This document shows, one piece after another, positions 1-14,600 of a DNA stretch of 64,000 nucleotides. The position numbers and the translations under genes were made by a program. Position 1 is the first letter of the stretch, and the number at the start of each line of letters is the position of its first letter. The DNA comes from Eledone cirrhosa (Eukaryota). The notes below the pieces were generated by a model, which was not told the origin of the DNA, searched no databases, and saw only the letters and a list, made by a program, of their open reading frames with translations. The stretch spans positions 26,102,001-26,166,000 of the forward strand of contig OZ024744.1 in NCBI GenBank assembly GCA_964016885.1, given 5' to 3'.

Positions 1-3000
1 TTGTGGTAGTTGTGGTGGTAGTGGTGGTAGTGGTGCTGGTGGTTGTGGTCATGGCGGTAGCAGTTGTTGTGTCATGGTGGTAGTATTGATGGTGAAGCTT
101 GTGGTAGTTGTGGTGGTAGTTGTGGTGGTAGTGGTGCTGATAGTAGTGGTCATGGTGGTAGCAGTTGTTGTGTCATGGTGGTGGTATTGATGGTGAAGCT
201 TGTGGTAGTTGTGGTAGTTGTGGTGGTAGTGGTGCTGGTGGTTGTGGTCATGATGGTAGCAGTTGTTGTGTCATGGTGGTAGTATTGATGGTGAAGCTTG
301 TGGTAGTTGTGGTAGTTGTGGTGGTAGTGGTGCTGGTGGTTGTGGTCATGATGGTAGCAGTTGTTGTGTCATGGTGGTAGTATTGATGGTGAAGCGTGTG
401 GTACTTGTGGTAGTTGTGGTGGTTGTGGTGCTGGTGGTAGTGGTCATGGTGGTAGCAGTTGTTGTGTCATGGTGGTGGTATTGATGGTGAAGCTTGTGGT
501 AGTTGTGGTGGTAGTGGTGGTAGTGGTGCTGGTGGTTTTGGTCATCGTGGTAGCAGTTGTTGTGTCATGGTGAAGCTTGTGGTAGTTGTGGTGGTAGTAG
601 TGGTAGTGGTGCTGGTGGTAGTGGTCATGGTGGTAGCAGTTGTTCTGTCATGGTGGTGGTATTGATGGTGAAGCTTGTGGTAGTTGTGGTGTTAGTGGTG
701 GTAGTGGTGCTGGTGGTTTTGGTCATGGTGGTAGCAGTTGTTGTGTCATGGTGGTAGTATTGATGGTGAAGCTTGTGGTAGTTGTGGTTGTAGTGGTGGT
801 AGTGGTGCTGATGGTAGTGGTCATGGTGGTAGCAGTTGTTGTGTCATGGTGGTAGTATTAATGGTGAAGCTTGTGGTAGTTGTGGTGGTAGTGGTGGTAG
901 TGGTGCTGGTGGTTGTGGTCATGGTGGTAGCAGTTGTTGTGTCATGGTGATGGTATTGATGGTGAAGCTTGTGGTAGTTGTGGTGGTAGTGGTGGTAGTG
1001 GTGCTGATGGTAGTGGTCATGGGGGTAGCAGTTGTTGTGTCATGGTGGTAGTATTGATGGTGAAGCTTGTGGTAATTGTGGTAGTTGTGGTGGTAGTGGT
1101 GCTGGTGGTTGTGGTCATGGTGGTAGCAGTTTTTGTGTCATGGTGGTGGTATTGATGGTGAAGCTTGTGGTAGTTGTGGTGGTAGTGGTGGTAGTGGTGG
1201 TAGTGGTGCTGGTGGTTGTGGTCATGGTGGTAGCAGTTGTTCTGTCATGGTGGTGGTATTGATGGTGAAGCTTGTGGTAGTTGTGGTGGTAGTGGTGGTA
1301 GTGGTGCTGGTGGTTGTGGTCATGGTGGTAGCAGTTGTTGTGTCATGGTGGTAGTATTGATGGTGAAGCTTGTGGTAATTGTGGTAGTTGTGGTGGTAGT
1401 GGTGCTGGTGGTTGTGGTCATGGTGGTAGCAGTTGTTGTGTCATGGTGGTGGTACTGATGGTGAAGCTTATGGTAGTTGTGGTGGTAGTGGTGGTAGTGG
1501 TGCTGGTGGTTGTGGTCATGGTGGTAGCAGTTGTTGTGTCATGGTGGTAGTATTGATGGTGAAGCTTGTGGTAGTTGTGGTGGTAGTGGTGGTAGTGGTG
1601 CTGATGGTAGTGGTCATGGTTATAGCAGTTGTTGTGTCATGGTGGTAGTATTGATTATGAAGCTTGTGGTAGTTGTGGTAGTTGTGGTGGTAGTGGTGCT
1701 GGTGGTTGTGGTCATGGTGGTAGCAGTTGTTGTGTCATGGTGGTGGTATTGATGGTGAAGCTTGTGGTTGTTGTGGTGGTAGTGGTGGTAGTGGTGCTGG
1801 TGGTTGTGGTCATGGTGGTAGCAGTTGTTGTGTCATGGTGGTAGTATTGATGGTGAAGCTTGTGGTAGTTGTGGTGGTAGTGGTGGTAGTGGTGCTGATG
1901 GTAGTGGTCATGGTGGTAGCAGTTGGTCTGTCATGGTGGTGGTATTGATGGTGAAGCTTGTGGTAGTTGTGGTGGTAGTGGTGGTAGTGGTGCTGGTGGT
2001 TGTGGTCATGGTGGTAGCAGTTGTTCTGTCATGGTGGTGGTATTGATGGTGAAGCTTGTGGTAGTTGTGGTGGTAGTTGTGGTAGTGGTGCTGGTGGTTG
2101 TGGTCATGGTGGTAGCAGTTGTTGTGTCATGGTGGTAGTATTGATGGTGAAGTTTGTGGTAGTTGTGGTGGTAGTTGTGGTAGTGGTGCTGGTGGTTGTG
2201 GTCATGGTGGTAGCAGTTGTTCTGTCATGGTGGTGGTATTGATGGTGAAGCTTGTGGTAGTTGTGGTGGTAGTGGTGGTAGTGGTGCTGGTGGTTTTGGT
2301 CATCGTGGTAGCAGTTGTTGTGTCATGGTGAAGCTTGTGGTAGTTGTGGTGGTAGTAGTGGTAGTGGTGCTGGTGGTTGTGGTCATGGTGGTAGCAGTTG
2401 TTGTGTCATGGTGGTGGTATTGATGGTGAAGCTTGTGGTAGTTGTGGTGGTAGTAGTGGTAGTGGTGCTGATGGTAGTGGTCATGGTGGTAGCAGTTGTT
2501 GTGTCATGGTGGTAGTATTGATGGTGAAGCTTGTGGTAGTTGTGGTGGTAGTAGTGGTAGTGGTCCTGATGGTAGTGGTCATGGTGGTAGCAGTTGTTGT
2601 GTCATGGTGGTAGTATTGATGGTGAAGCTTGTGGTAGTTGTGGTGGTAGTGGTGGTAGTGGTGCTGATGGTAGTGGTCATGGTGGTAGCAGTTGTTGTGT
2701 CATGGTGGTAGTATTGATGGTGAAGCTTGTGGTAGTTGTGGTGGTAGTGGTGGTAGTGGTGCTGATAGTAGTGTTCATGGTGGTAGCAGTTGTTGTGTCA
2801 TGGTGGTAGTATTGATGCTGAAGCTTGTGGTAGTTGTGGTGGTAGTGGTGGTAGTGGTGCTGATGGTAGTGGTCATGGTGGTAGCAGTTGTTCTGTCATG
2901 GTGGTGGTATTGATGGTGAAGCTTGTGGTAGTTGTGGTGGTAGTGGTGGTAGTGGTGCTGGTGGTTGTGGTCATGGTGGTAGCAGTTGTTCTGTCATGGT

Positions 3001-6000
3001 GGTGGTATTGATGGTGAAGCTTGTGGTAGTTGTGGTGGTAGTTGTGGTAGTGGTGCTGGTGGTTGTGGTCATGGTGGTAGCAGTTGTTGTGTCATGGTGG
3101 TAGTATTGATGGTTAAGTTTGTGGTAGTTGTGGTGGTAGTTGTGGTAGTGGTGCTGGTGGTTGTGGTCATGGTGGTAGCAGTTGTTCTGTCATGGTGGTG
3201 GTATTGATGGTGAAGCTTGTGGTAGTTGTGGTGGTAGTGGTGGTAGTGGTGCTGGTGGTTGTGGTCATGGCGGTAGCAGTTGTTGTGTCATGGTGGTAGT
3301 ATTGATGGTGAAGCTTGTGGTAGTTGTGGTGGTAGTGGTGGTAGTGGTGCTGATAGTAGTGGTCATGGTGGTAGCAGTTGTTGTGTCATGGTGGTGGTAT
3401 TGATGGTGAAGCTTGTGGTAGTTGTGGTAGTTGTGGTGGTAGTGGTGCTGGTGGTTGTGGTCATGGTGGTAGCAGTTGTTGTGTCATGGTGGTAGTATTG
3501 ATGGTGAAGCTTGTGGTAGTTGTGGTAGTTGTGGTGGTAGTGGTGCTGGTGGTTGTGGTCATGATGGTAGCAGTTGTTGTGTCATGGTGGTAGTATTGAA
3601 GGTGAAGCGTGTGGTAGTTGTGGTAGTTGTGGTGGTTGTGGTGCTGGTGGTAGTGGTCATGGTGGTAGCAGTTGTTGTGTCATGGTGGTGGTATTGATGG
3701 TGAAGCTTGTGGTAGTTGTGGTGGTAGTGGTGGTAGTGGTGCTGGTGGTTTTGGTCATCGTGGTAGCAGTTGTTGTGTCATGGTGAAGCTTGTGGTAGTT
3801 GTGGTGGTAGTAGTGGTAGTGGTGCTGGTGGTTGTGGTCATGGTGGTAGCAGTTGTTGTGTCATGGTGGTGGTATTGATGGTGAAGCTTGTGGTAGTTGT
3901 GGTGGTAGTAGTGGTAGTGGTGCTGATGGTAGTGGTCATGGTGGTAGCAGTTGTTGTGTCATGGTGGTAGTATTGATGGTGAAGCTTGTGGTAGTTGTGG
4001 TGGTAGTAGTGGTAGTGGTCCTGATGGTAGTGGTCATGGTGGTAGCAGTTGTTGTGTCATGGTGGTAGTATTGATGGTGAAGCTTGTGGTAGTTGTGGTG
4101 GTAGTGGTGGTAGTGGTGCTGATGGTAGTGGTCATGGTGGTAGCAGTTGTTGTGTCATGGTGGTAGTATTGATGGTGAAGCTTGTGGTAGTTGTGGTGGT
4201 AGTGGTGGTAGTGGTGCTGATAGTAGTGTTCATGGTGGTAGCAGTTGTTGTGTCATGGTGGTAGTATTGATGCTGAAGCTTGTGGTAGTTGTGGTGGTAG
4301 TGGTGGTAGTGGTGCTGATGGTAGTGGTCATGGTGGTAGCAGTTGTTCTGTCATGGTGGTGGTATTGATGGTGAAGCTTGTGGTAGTTGGGGTGGTAGTG
4401 GTGGTAGTGGTGCTGGTGGTTGTGGTCATGGTGGTAGCAGTTGTTGTGTCATGGTGGTAGTATTGATGGTGAAGCTTGTGGTAGTTGTGGTGGTAGTGGT
4501 GGTAGTGCTGCTGGTGGTTGTGGTCATGGTGGTAGCAGTTGTTGTGTCATGGTGGTAGTATTGATGGTGAAGCTTGTGGTAGTTGTGGTAGTTGTGGTGG
4601 TAGTGGTGCTGGTGGTTGTGGTCATGGTGGTAGCAGTTGTTGTGTCATGGTGGTAGTATTGATGGTGAAGCTTGTGGTAGTTGTGGTGGTAGTGGTGCTG
4701 ATGGTAGTGGTCATGGTGGTAGCAGTTGTTGTGTCATGGTGGTAGTATTGATGGTGAATCTTGTGGTAGTTATGGTGGTAGTGGTGGTAGTGGTGCTGGT
4801 GGTTGTGGTCATGGTGGTAGCAGTTGTTGTGTCATGGTGGTAGTATTGATGGTGAAGCTTGTGGTAGTTGTGGTGGTAGTGGTGGTAGTGGTGCTGATGG
4901 TAGTGGTCATGGTGGTAGCAGTTGTTCTGTCATGGTGATGGTATTGATGGTGAAGCTTGTGGTAGTTGTGGTGGTAGTGGTGGTATTGGTGCTGGTGGTT
5001 GTGGTCATGGTGGTAGCAGTTGTTGTGTCATGGTGGTGGTATTGATGGTGAAGCTTGTGGTAGTTGTGGTGGTAGTGGTGGTAGTGGTGCTGGTGGTTGT
5101 GGTCATGGTGGTAGCAGTTGTTGTGTCATGGTGGTGGTATTGATGGTGAAGCTTGTGGTAGTTGTGGTGGTAGTGGTGGTAGTGGTGCTGGTAGTTGTGG
5201 TCATGGTGGTAGCAGTTGTTGTGTCATGGCGGTAGTATTGATGGTGAAGCTGGTGGTAGTTGTGGTGGTAGTGGTGGTAGTGGTGCTGATGGTAGTGGTC
5301 ATGGTGGTAGCAGTTGTTCTGTCATGGTGGTGGTATTGATGGTGAAGCTTGTGGTAGTTGTGGTGGTAGTGGTGGTAGTGGTGCTGGTGGTTTTGGTCAT
5401 GGTGGTAGCAGTTGTTGTGTCATGGTGGTAGTATTGATGGTGAAGCTTGTGGTAGTTGTGGTGGTAGTGGTGGTAGTGGTGCTGATGGTAGTGGTCATGG
5501 TGGTAGCAGTTGTTGTGTCATGGTGGTAGTATTAATGGTGAATCTTGTGGTAGTTGTGGTGGTAGTGGTGGTAGTGGTGCTGGTGGTTGTGGTCATGGTG
5601 GTAGCAGTTGTTGTGTCATGGTGATGGTATTGATGGTGAAGCTTGTGGTAGTTGTGGTGGTAGTGGTGGTAGTGGTGCTGATGGTAGTGGTCATGGGGTT
5701 AGCAGTTGTTGTGTCATGGTGGTAGTATTGATGGTGAAGCTTGTGGTAATTGTGGTAGTTGTGGTGGTAGTGGTGCTGGTGGTTGTGGTCATGGTGGTAG
5801 CAGTTTTTGTGTCATGGTGGTGGTATTGATGGTGAAGCTTGTGGTAGTTGTGGTGGTAGTGGTGGTAGTGGTGGTAGTGGTGCTGGTGGTTGTGGTCATG
5901 GTGGTAGCAGTTGTTCTGTCATGGTGGTGGTATTGATGGTGAAGCTTGTGGTAGTTGTGGTGGTAGTGGTGGTAGTGGTGCTGGTGGTTGTGGTCATGGT

Positions 6001-8050
6001 GGTAGCAGTTGTTGTGTCATGGTGGTAGTATTGATGGTGAAGCTTGTGGTAGTTGTGGTAGTTGTGGTGGTAGTGGTGCTGGTGGTTGTGGTCATGGTGG
6101 TAGCAGTTGTTGTGTCATGGTGGTGGTACTGATGGTGAAGCTTATGGTAGTTGTGGTGGTAGTGGTGGTAGTGGTGCTGGTGGTTGTGGTCATGGTGGTA
6201 GCAGTTGTTGTGTCATGGTGGTAGTATTGATGGTGAAGCTTGTGGTAGTTGTGGTGGTAGTGGTGGTAGTGGTGCTGATGGTAGTGGTCATGGTTATAGC
6301 AGTTGTTGTGTCATGGTGGTAGTATTGATTATGAAGCTTGTGGTAGTTGTGGTAGTTGTGGTGGTAGTGGTGCTGGTGGTTGTGGTCATGGTGGTAGCAG
6401 TTGTTGTGTCATGGTGGTGGTATTGATGGTGAAGCTTGTGGTTGTTGTGGTGGTAGTGGTGGTAGTGGTGCTGGTGGTTGTGGTCATGGTGGTAGCAGTT
6501 GTTGTGTCATGGTGGTAGTATTGATGGTGAAGCTTGTGGTAGTTGTGGTGGTAGTGGTGGTAGTGGTGCTGATGGTAGTGGTCATGGTGGTAGCAGTTGT
6601 TCTGTCATGGTGGTGGTATTGATGGTGAAGCTTGTGGTAGTTGTGGTGGTAGTGGTGGTAGTGGTGCTGGTGGTTGTGGTCATGGTGGTAGCAGTTGTTG
6701 TGTCATGGTGGTGGTATTGATGGTGAAGCTTGTGGTAGTTGTGGTAGTTGTGGTGGTAGTGGTGCTGGTGGTTGTGGTCATGGTGGTAGCAGTTGTTGTG
6801 TCATGGTGGTAGTATTGATGGTGAAGCTTGTGGTAGTTGTGGTAGTTGTGGTGGTAGTGGTGCTGGTGGATGTGGTCATGATGGTAGCAGTTGTTGTGTC
6901 ATGGTGAAGCTTGTGGTAGTTGTGGTGGTAGTAGTGGTAGTGGTGCTGGTGGTTGTGGTCATGGTGGTAGCAGTTGTTGTGTCATGGTGGTAGTATTGAT
7001 GGTGAAGCTTGTGGTAGTTGTGGTGGTAGTGGTGGTAGTGGTGCTGGTGGTTGTGGTCATGGTGGTAGCAGTTGTTGTGTCATGGTGGTGGTATTGATGG
7101 TGAAGCGTGTGGTAGTTGTGGTAGTTGTGGTGGTAGTGGTACTGGTGGTAGTGGTCATGGTGGTAGCAGTTGTTGTGTCATGGTGGTGGTATTGATGGTG
7201 AAGCTTGTGGTAGTTGTGGTGGTAGTGGTGGTAGTGGTGCTGGTGGTTTTGGTCATCGTGGTAGCAGTTGTTGTGTCATGGTGAAGCTTGTGGTAGTTGT
7301 GGTGGTAGTAGTGGTAGTGGTGCTGGTGGTTGTGGTCATGGTGGTAGCAGTTGTTGTGTCATGGTGGTGGTATTGATGGTGAAGCTTGTGGTAGTTGTGG
7401 TGGTAGTAGTGGTAATGGTGCTGATGGTAGTGGTCATGGTGGTAGCAGTTGTTGTGTCATGGTGGTAGTATTGATGGTGAAGCTTGTGGTAGTTGTGGTG
7501 GTAGTAGTGGTAGCGGTCCTGATGGTAGTGGTCATGGTGGTAGCAGTTGTTGTGTCATGGTGGTAATATTGATGGTGAAGCTTGTGGTAGTTGTGGTGGT
7601 AGTGGTGGTAGTGGTGCTGATGGTAGTGGTCATGGTGGTAGCAGTTGTTGTGTCATGGTGGTAGTATTGATGGTGAAGCTTGTGGTAGTTGTGGTGGTAG
7701 TGGTGGTAGTGGTGCTGATAGTAGTGTTCATGGTGGTAGCAGTTGTTGTGTCATGGTGGTAGTATTGATGGTGAAGCTTGTGGTAGTTGTGGTGGTAGTG
7801 GTGGTAGTGGTGCTGATGGTAGTGGTCATGGGGGTATTGTTGTGTCATGGTGGTAGTATTGATGGTGAAGCTTGTGGTAGTTGTGGTGGTAGTGGTGGTA
7901 GTGGTGCTGGTGGTTGTGGTCATGGTGGTAGCAGTTGTTGTGTCGTGGTGGGGCCTGTGGTAGTTGTGGTGGTAGTGGTGGTAGTGGTGCTGATGGTGGT
8001 GGTCATGTGGGTAGCAGTTGTTGTGTCATGGTGGGGCCTGTGGTAGTTGT
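1..8050. repeat. 98-bp GT-rich tandem satellite (~82 units) with a HindIII site in most units
   Basis: Unit ~TTGTGTCATGGTGGTAGTATTGATGGTGAAGCTTGTGGTAGTTGTGGTGGTAGTGGTGGTAGTGGTGCTGGTGGTTGTGGTCATGGTGGTAGCAGTTG. ORF starts recur every 98 bp (83 bp in deletion variants). The array runs off the left edge and decays into (GGT)n-like sequence to ~8245. Confidence 0.98.
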
Positions 8051-8343
8051 GGTGGTTGTCGTGGTAGTGGTCATAGCGGTAGTTGTGTTGGGAGTGGTAC
8101 TGATGTTAGAGGTGGGTTTGGTGGTTAGTGGTGGTGGAGATGATGGGTGTAATGGTAGTGGTGATGGTAATCGTGGTGGAGATGATGGTGGTAATGGTAG
8201 TAGTGGTTTTGTTGGTCATCCTGGGGGTAATGGTGGTGGCAGCGGACAAAATAGAAAATCATGCTTTTTAAAGCTAATTTTACTGATAAACCATTAGCGG
8301 ACGCACATCTAACCAGGGATCAGTTAAGCCTATTTTACTACTA

Positions 8344-8506
8344 AATAATTGTTTCTACTTTTGCAACAAGACCAGCAAACACCCAGTGCATTACTGGTAT
8401 TTTAAGTTAATCTCGGAGGATTTGAACTCAGAATGGAAAAGGCCGTGACTCTATGCGTCAAAACCTGGCGTCCGATCCTTTACCGACACTAGCAATACAC
8501 CGGCCC
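8344..8506 (-). mobile_element. tRNA-derived SINE copy (cephalopod-type), internally deleted
   Basis: Minus-strand B-box-like GAGTTCAAATCC (8418-8429). Shares AATTGTTTCTACT..CAAG.CCA..CCAGTGCATTACTGGTA with copies at 37462, 52895 and 63615. Confidence 0.7.
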
Positions 8507-8611
8507 TCTAAATAATAGTGCTTTAGAACCTAGTTAATGACTACTGTCTTTAACCCAGGTAGTCACTAAATTTAACCCAGATCGTAACTTTCTGCTAAAA
8601 TTCTTAAAGCC

Positions 8612-11600
8612 ATGTAACACAGTATATGATTGTGTACGTAACTCATTAGTTGTGTGTGTATGTAACTCAGTAGATGTGTATGTAATTGAGTAGATGTGTT
8701 TGTGTATGTAACTCAGTAGTTGTGTGTGTATGTAACAGAGTAAATGTGTGTGTATGTAACTCGGTAGTTGCCTGCATGTAACCTAGTAGATGTGTGTGTA
8801 TGTAACACGGTAGATATGTGTGTATGTAACTCAGTATTTGTGTGTGTATGTAACACAGTAGATGTGTCTATGTAACTCAGAAGATGTGTGTATGTAACTC
8901 AGTAGATGTGTGTGTACGTAACACAGTAGATGTGTGTGTGTGACTCAGTAGATATGTGTGTATGTAACTCAGTAGATGTGTGTGGATGTAACTGAGAAGA
9001 TATGTGTGTATGTAACTCAGTAGATGTGTGTGTATGTAACACAGTAGATGTGTGTGTGTGTCTCAGTAGATATGCATGTATGTAACTCAATAGATGTGTG
9101 TGGATGTAACTGTGAAGATATGTGTGTATGTAACACAGTAGATGTGTGCGTATGTAACTCAGGAGATGTGTGTATGTAACACAGTAGATGTGTATGTATG
9201 TAACTCAGTAGACATGTGTATGTAACTCAATAGATGTGTGTATGTAACACAGTTGATGTGTGTATGTAACTCAGTAGCTGGATGTATGTAACTCAGTAGA
9301 TGTGTGTGTATATAACACAATAGATGTGTGTGTATGTAACTCAGTAGCTGTGTGTGTATGTAACACAGTAGATATGTGAGTATGTAACTCAGTAGATGTG
9401 TGTGTATGTAACAAAATAGATGCGTGGGTATGTAACTCAGTAGAAGTGGGTGTATGTAATTCTGTAGATGTGAGTGTATGAAACACAGTAGATATTTGTG
9501 TATCTAACTCGGTAGATGCGTGTGTATGTAACACAGTAGAGGTATGTATGTAACTCGGGAGATGTGTGAGTGTATGTAACCCAGTAAATGTGTGTGTATG
9601 TAACTCAGTAGATGTGTGTATGTAACACAGTAGAGATGCCTGTATGTAACTCAGGAGATGTTTGTGTATGTAACACAATATATGTGTGTGTATGTAACTC
9701 AGTAGATGTGTGCGTATGTAACAAAAGAGATATGTTTGTATGTAAATCAGTAGATGTGTGTGTATGTAACACCGTAGATCTGTGTGTATGTAACTCAATA
9801 CATGTGTGTGTATGTAACACAGTAGATATGTGTGTATGTAACTCAGTAGTTGTGTGTATGTAACTCAGTAGACGTGTGTGTATGTAACACAGTAGATATG
9901 TGTGTATGTAACTCAGTAGATGTGTGTGTATGTAACTCAGTAGATACGTGTGTATCTAACTCAGTAGATGTGTGTGTGTGTCTCAGTATATATGTGTGTA
10001 TGTAACTCAGTAGATGTGTGTGGATGTAACTGTGAACATATATGTGTATGCAACACAGTAGATGTGTGCGTATATAACTCAGTAGATGTGTGTATGTAAC
10101 AGAGTAGATGTGTGTCGATGTAACTCAGTAGACGTGTGTATGTAACTCAGTAGATTTGTGTATGTAACACAGTAGATGTGTGTGTATGTAACACAATAGA
10201 TGTGTGTGTATGTAACTCAGTAGATGTGTGTGTATGTAACTCAGTAGTTGTGTGTGTATGTAACACAGTAGATATGTGTGTATGTAACACAGTAGATGTG
10301 TATGGATATAAATGTGAATATATGTGTGTATGTTACACAGTAGATGTGTGTGTATGTAACTCAGTAGATGTGTGTATGCAACACAGTAGATGTATGTGTA
10401 TGTAACTCTGTAGATGTGTGTGTATGTAACTAATAGATGTGTGTGTATGTAACTCAGTAGATGTGTGTGTATGTAACTCAGTAGATGTGTGTGTATGAGA
10501 GACAGTAGATATGTGTGTATGTAAATCAGTAGATGTGTGTGTATCTAACACAGTAGATTTGTGTGTATTAACACAGTAGATATGTGTGTATGTAACTCAG
10601 TAGATGTGTGTGTATGTAACACAATAGATATGTGTGTATGTAATTCATTAGATGTGTGTGTATGTAACCCAGTAGATGTGTGTGTATGTAACTCAGTAGA
10701 TGTGTGTGTATGTAACACAATAGATGTTTGTATGTAACTCAGTAGATGTGTGTGTATGTAACACAATAGATGTGTGTGTATGTAACTCAGTATTTGTGAA
10801 TGTATGTAACTCGATAGATGCGTTTATGTAACTCAGCAGTTGTGTGTATGTAACTCAGTAGATGTGTGTGTATGTTTACTCAGTAGATGTGTGTGTATGT
10901 TACTCAGAAGATGTGTGCGTATGTATCTCAGTAGATGTGTGTATGTAACGCAGTATACATGTGTATATAACTCAGTAGATATGTGTGTATGTAGCTCAGT
11001 AGATGTGTGTGGATGTAACTTGAAGATATGTGTGTGTGTGTCGCAGTAGATATGTGTGTATGTAAGTCAGTACATGTGTGTGGATATAACTGTGAAGATA
11101 TGTGTGTATGTAACACAGTAGAAATGTGTATGCAACTCAGTAGATGTGTGTGTATGTAACTCAGTAGATGTGTTTGTATGTAACTCAGTAGGTGTGCGTG
11201 AATGTAACTCAGTAGATGTGTGTGTGTGTAACACAATAGATATATTTGTATGTAACTCAGTAGATATGTGTGTATGTAACTCAGTAGATGTGTGTGAATG
11301 TAACACAGTAGATGTATGTATGTAACTCAGTAGATATTTGTGTATGTAACTCAGTAGATATTTGTGTATGTAATTCGGTATATGTGTGTGTATGTAACAT
11401 AGTAGATGTTTCTATGTAACTCAGGAGATGTGTGTGTGTGTATCTGACCCATTAGATGTGTGTGTAACTCAATAGATGTGTGTGTATGTAACACAATATA
11501 TGTGTTTATATGTAACTTAGTAGATGTGTGTGTATGTAACACAAGCGATATGTTTGTATGTAACTAAGTAGATGTGTGTGTATGTAACCCATTAGATGTG

Positions 11601-14600
11601 TGTGTATGTAGTTCAGTAGATGTGTGTATGTAACACAGTAGATATGTCTGTATGTAACTCAGTAGATGTGTGTGTATGTAACACAAGAGATATGTTTGTA
11701 TGTAAGACAGTAGATGTGTGCGTAAGTAAGACGGTAGATGTGTGTGTATGTAACACATTAGATATGTGTGTATGTAACTCAGTTGATGTGTGTGTATGCA
11801 ACTCAGTAGTTGTGTGTGTATGTAACACAGTAAATATATGTGCATGTAACTCAGTAGTTCTGTGTATGTAACTCAGTAGATGTGTGGGGATGTAACACGA
11901 TAGATGTGTGTGTAACTCAGTAGTTTTTTTTATGTAACACAGTAGATGGGTTTGTATGTAACACAGCAGTTGTGTGTATGTAACTCAGTAGATGTGTGTG
12001 TATGTAACACAGCAGTTGTGTGTATGTATCTCAGTAGATGTGTGTGTATGTAACACAGTAGATGTGTGTGTGTAACTCAGTAGATGTATGTGTATGTAAT
12101 TCAGTATATATATATGTGTGTAACTCAGTAGATGTGTGTGGATGTAACTGTGAAGATATGTGTGTATGTAACTCAGTAGATGTGTGTATGTAACACAGTA
12201 GATGTTTGTGTGTGTCGCACGAGATATCTGTGTATGTAACTCAGTACATGTGTGTGGATGTAACTGTGAAGATATGTGTGTATGTAACATAGTAGATGTG
12301 TGCGTATCTAACTCAGTAGATGTGTGAATGTAACACAGTAGATGTGTGTGTATGTAACTCAGTATATGTGTGCGTATGTAACTCAGTAGATGTGTGTGTA
12401 TGAAACTCAGTAGATGTGTGTATGTAACTCAATAGATGTGTGTGTATGTAACTCTGTAGATGTGTTTGTATGTAACTCAGTAGATGTGTGTGTATGTAAC
12501 TCAGTAGATCTGTGTATGTAACACAGTAGATATGTGTGCGTGTCTCAGTAGATATGTGTTTGTGTAAATCAGTAGATGTGTGTGGGTGTAACTGTGTAGA
12601 TATGTGTGTATGTAACACAGTAGATGTGTGTGTATGTAACTCAGTAGATGTGTGTATGTAACACAGTAGATGTGTGTGTATGTAACTTAGTATATGAGTG
12701 CGTATGTAACTCAGTATATGTGTGTGCATGAAACTCAGTAGATGTGTGTATCTAACTCAGTAGATGTGTGTGTATGTAACTCAGTAGATGTGTTTGTATG
12801 TAACTCAGTAAGTGTGTGTGTATGTAATTCGGTAGATGTGTGTGTATGTAACACAGTAGATATTTCTATGTAACTCAGGAGATGTGTGAGTGTGTATCTG
12901 ACCCATTAGATGTGTGTGTGTGTAACTCAGTAGATGTGTGTGTATGTAACACAGTAGATGTGTGTGTATGTAACTTTAGTAGATGTGTGTGTATGTAACA
13001 CAAGCGAAAGGTTTGTATGTAACTCAGAAGATGTATGTGTATGTAACCCATTAGATGTGTGTGTATGTAACACAGTAGATATGTGTGTATGTAACTCAGT
13101 AGATGCGTGTGTATGTAACATAGTTGATGTGTTTGTGTGTAACTCAGGTGATGTGTGTGTGTATGTAACCCAGTAGATGTGTGTGTCTGTAACTCAGTAG
13201 ATGAGTGAATGTAACACAGTAGATATGTCTGTATGTAACTCAGTAGATGTGTGCATTTAACACAGTATATGTGTATATATATCTCAGGAGGTGTATGTGC
13301 GTGTATGTAACTCAGTACATGTGTATGTATGTAACTCAGTAGATGTGTGTGTATGTGACACAATAGATATGTTTGTATGAAACTCAGTATATATGTCTGA
13401 ATGTAACTCAGTAGATGTGTGTATGTAACGCAGTATACGTGTGTATATAACTCAGTAGATATGTGTGTATGTAACACAGTAGAAATGGGTATGTAACTCA
13501 GTAGATGTGTGTGTATGTAACTCAGTAGATGTGTGTGAATGTAACACAGTAGATGTATGTATGTAACTCAGTAGATATTTGTGTATGTAACACAGTAGGT
13601 ATTTGTGTATGTAATTCGGTATATGTGTGTGTATGTAACACAGTAGATGTTTCTATGTAACTCAGGAGATGTGTGTGTGTGTATCTGACCCATTAGATGT
13701 GTGTGTGTGTAAGTCAATAGATGTGTGTGTATGTAACACAATAGATGTGTTTATATGTAACTTAGTAGATGTGTATGTAACACAAGAGATATGTTTGTAT
13801 GTAACTAAGTAGATGTGTGTGTATGTAACCCATTAGATGTGTGTGTATCTAGTTCAGTAGATGTGTGTATGTAATACAGTAGATATGTCTGTATGTAGGT
13901 CAGTAGATGTGTGTGTATGTAACACAAGAGATATGTTTGTATGTAACACAGTAGATGTGTGTGTATGTAAGACAGTAGATGTGTGTGTATGTAACACATT
14001 AGATATGTGTGTATGTAACTCAGCTGATGTGTGTGTATGTAACTCAGTAGTTCTGTGTATGTAACTCAGTATCTGTGTGGGGATGCAACCCGATAGATGT
14101 GTGTGTAACTCAGTAGTTTTTTTTATGTAACACAGTAGATGGGTGTGTATGTAACACAGCAGTTGTGTGTATGTAACTCAGTAGACGTGTGTGTATGTAA
14201 CACAGTAGAAGTGTGTGTGTGTAACTCAGTAGATGTATGTGTATGTAATTCAGTATATATATGTGTGTGCAACTCAGTAGATGTGTGTGGATGTAACTGT
14301 GAAGATATGTGTGTATGTAACTCAGTAGATGTGTGTATGTAACACAGTAGATGTTTGTGTGTGTCGCACGAGATATCTGTGTATGTAACTCAGTACATGT
14401 GTGTAGATGTAACTGTGAAGATACGTGTGTATGTAACATAGTAGATGTGTGCGTATCTAACTCAGTAGATGTGTGAATGTAACACAGTAGATGTGTGTGT
14501 ATGTAACTCAGTATATGTGTGCGTATGTAACTCAGTAGATGTGTGTGTATGAAACTCAGTAGATGTGTGTACGTAACTCAATAGATGTGTGTGTATGTAA

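Noticed and set aside
64-8297. About 80 overlapping Gly/Cys-rich + poly-Val ORFs resembling keratin-associated or membrane peptides
   Set aside because: They are translations of a 98-bp satellite with a frame shift in every unit and TTG starts. There is no coding evidence.
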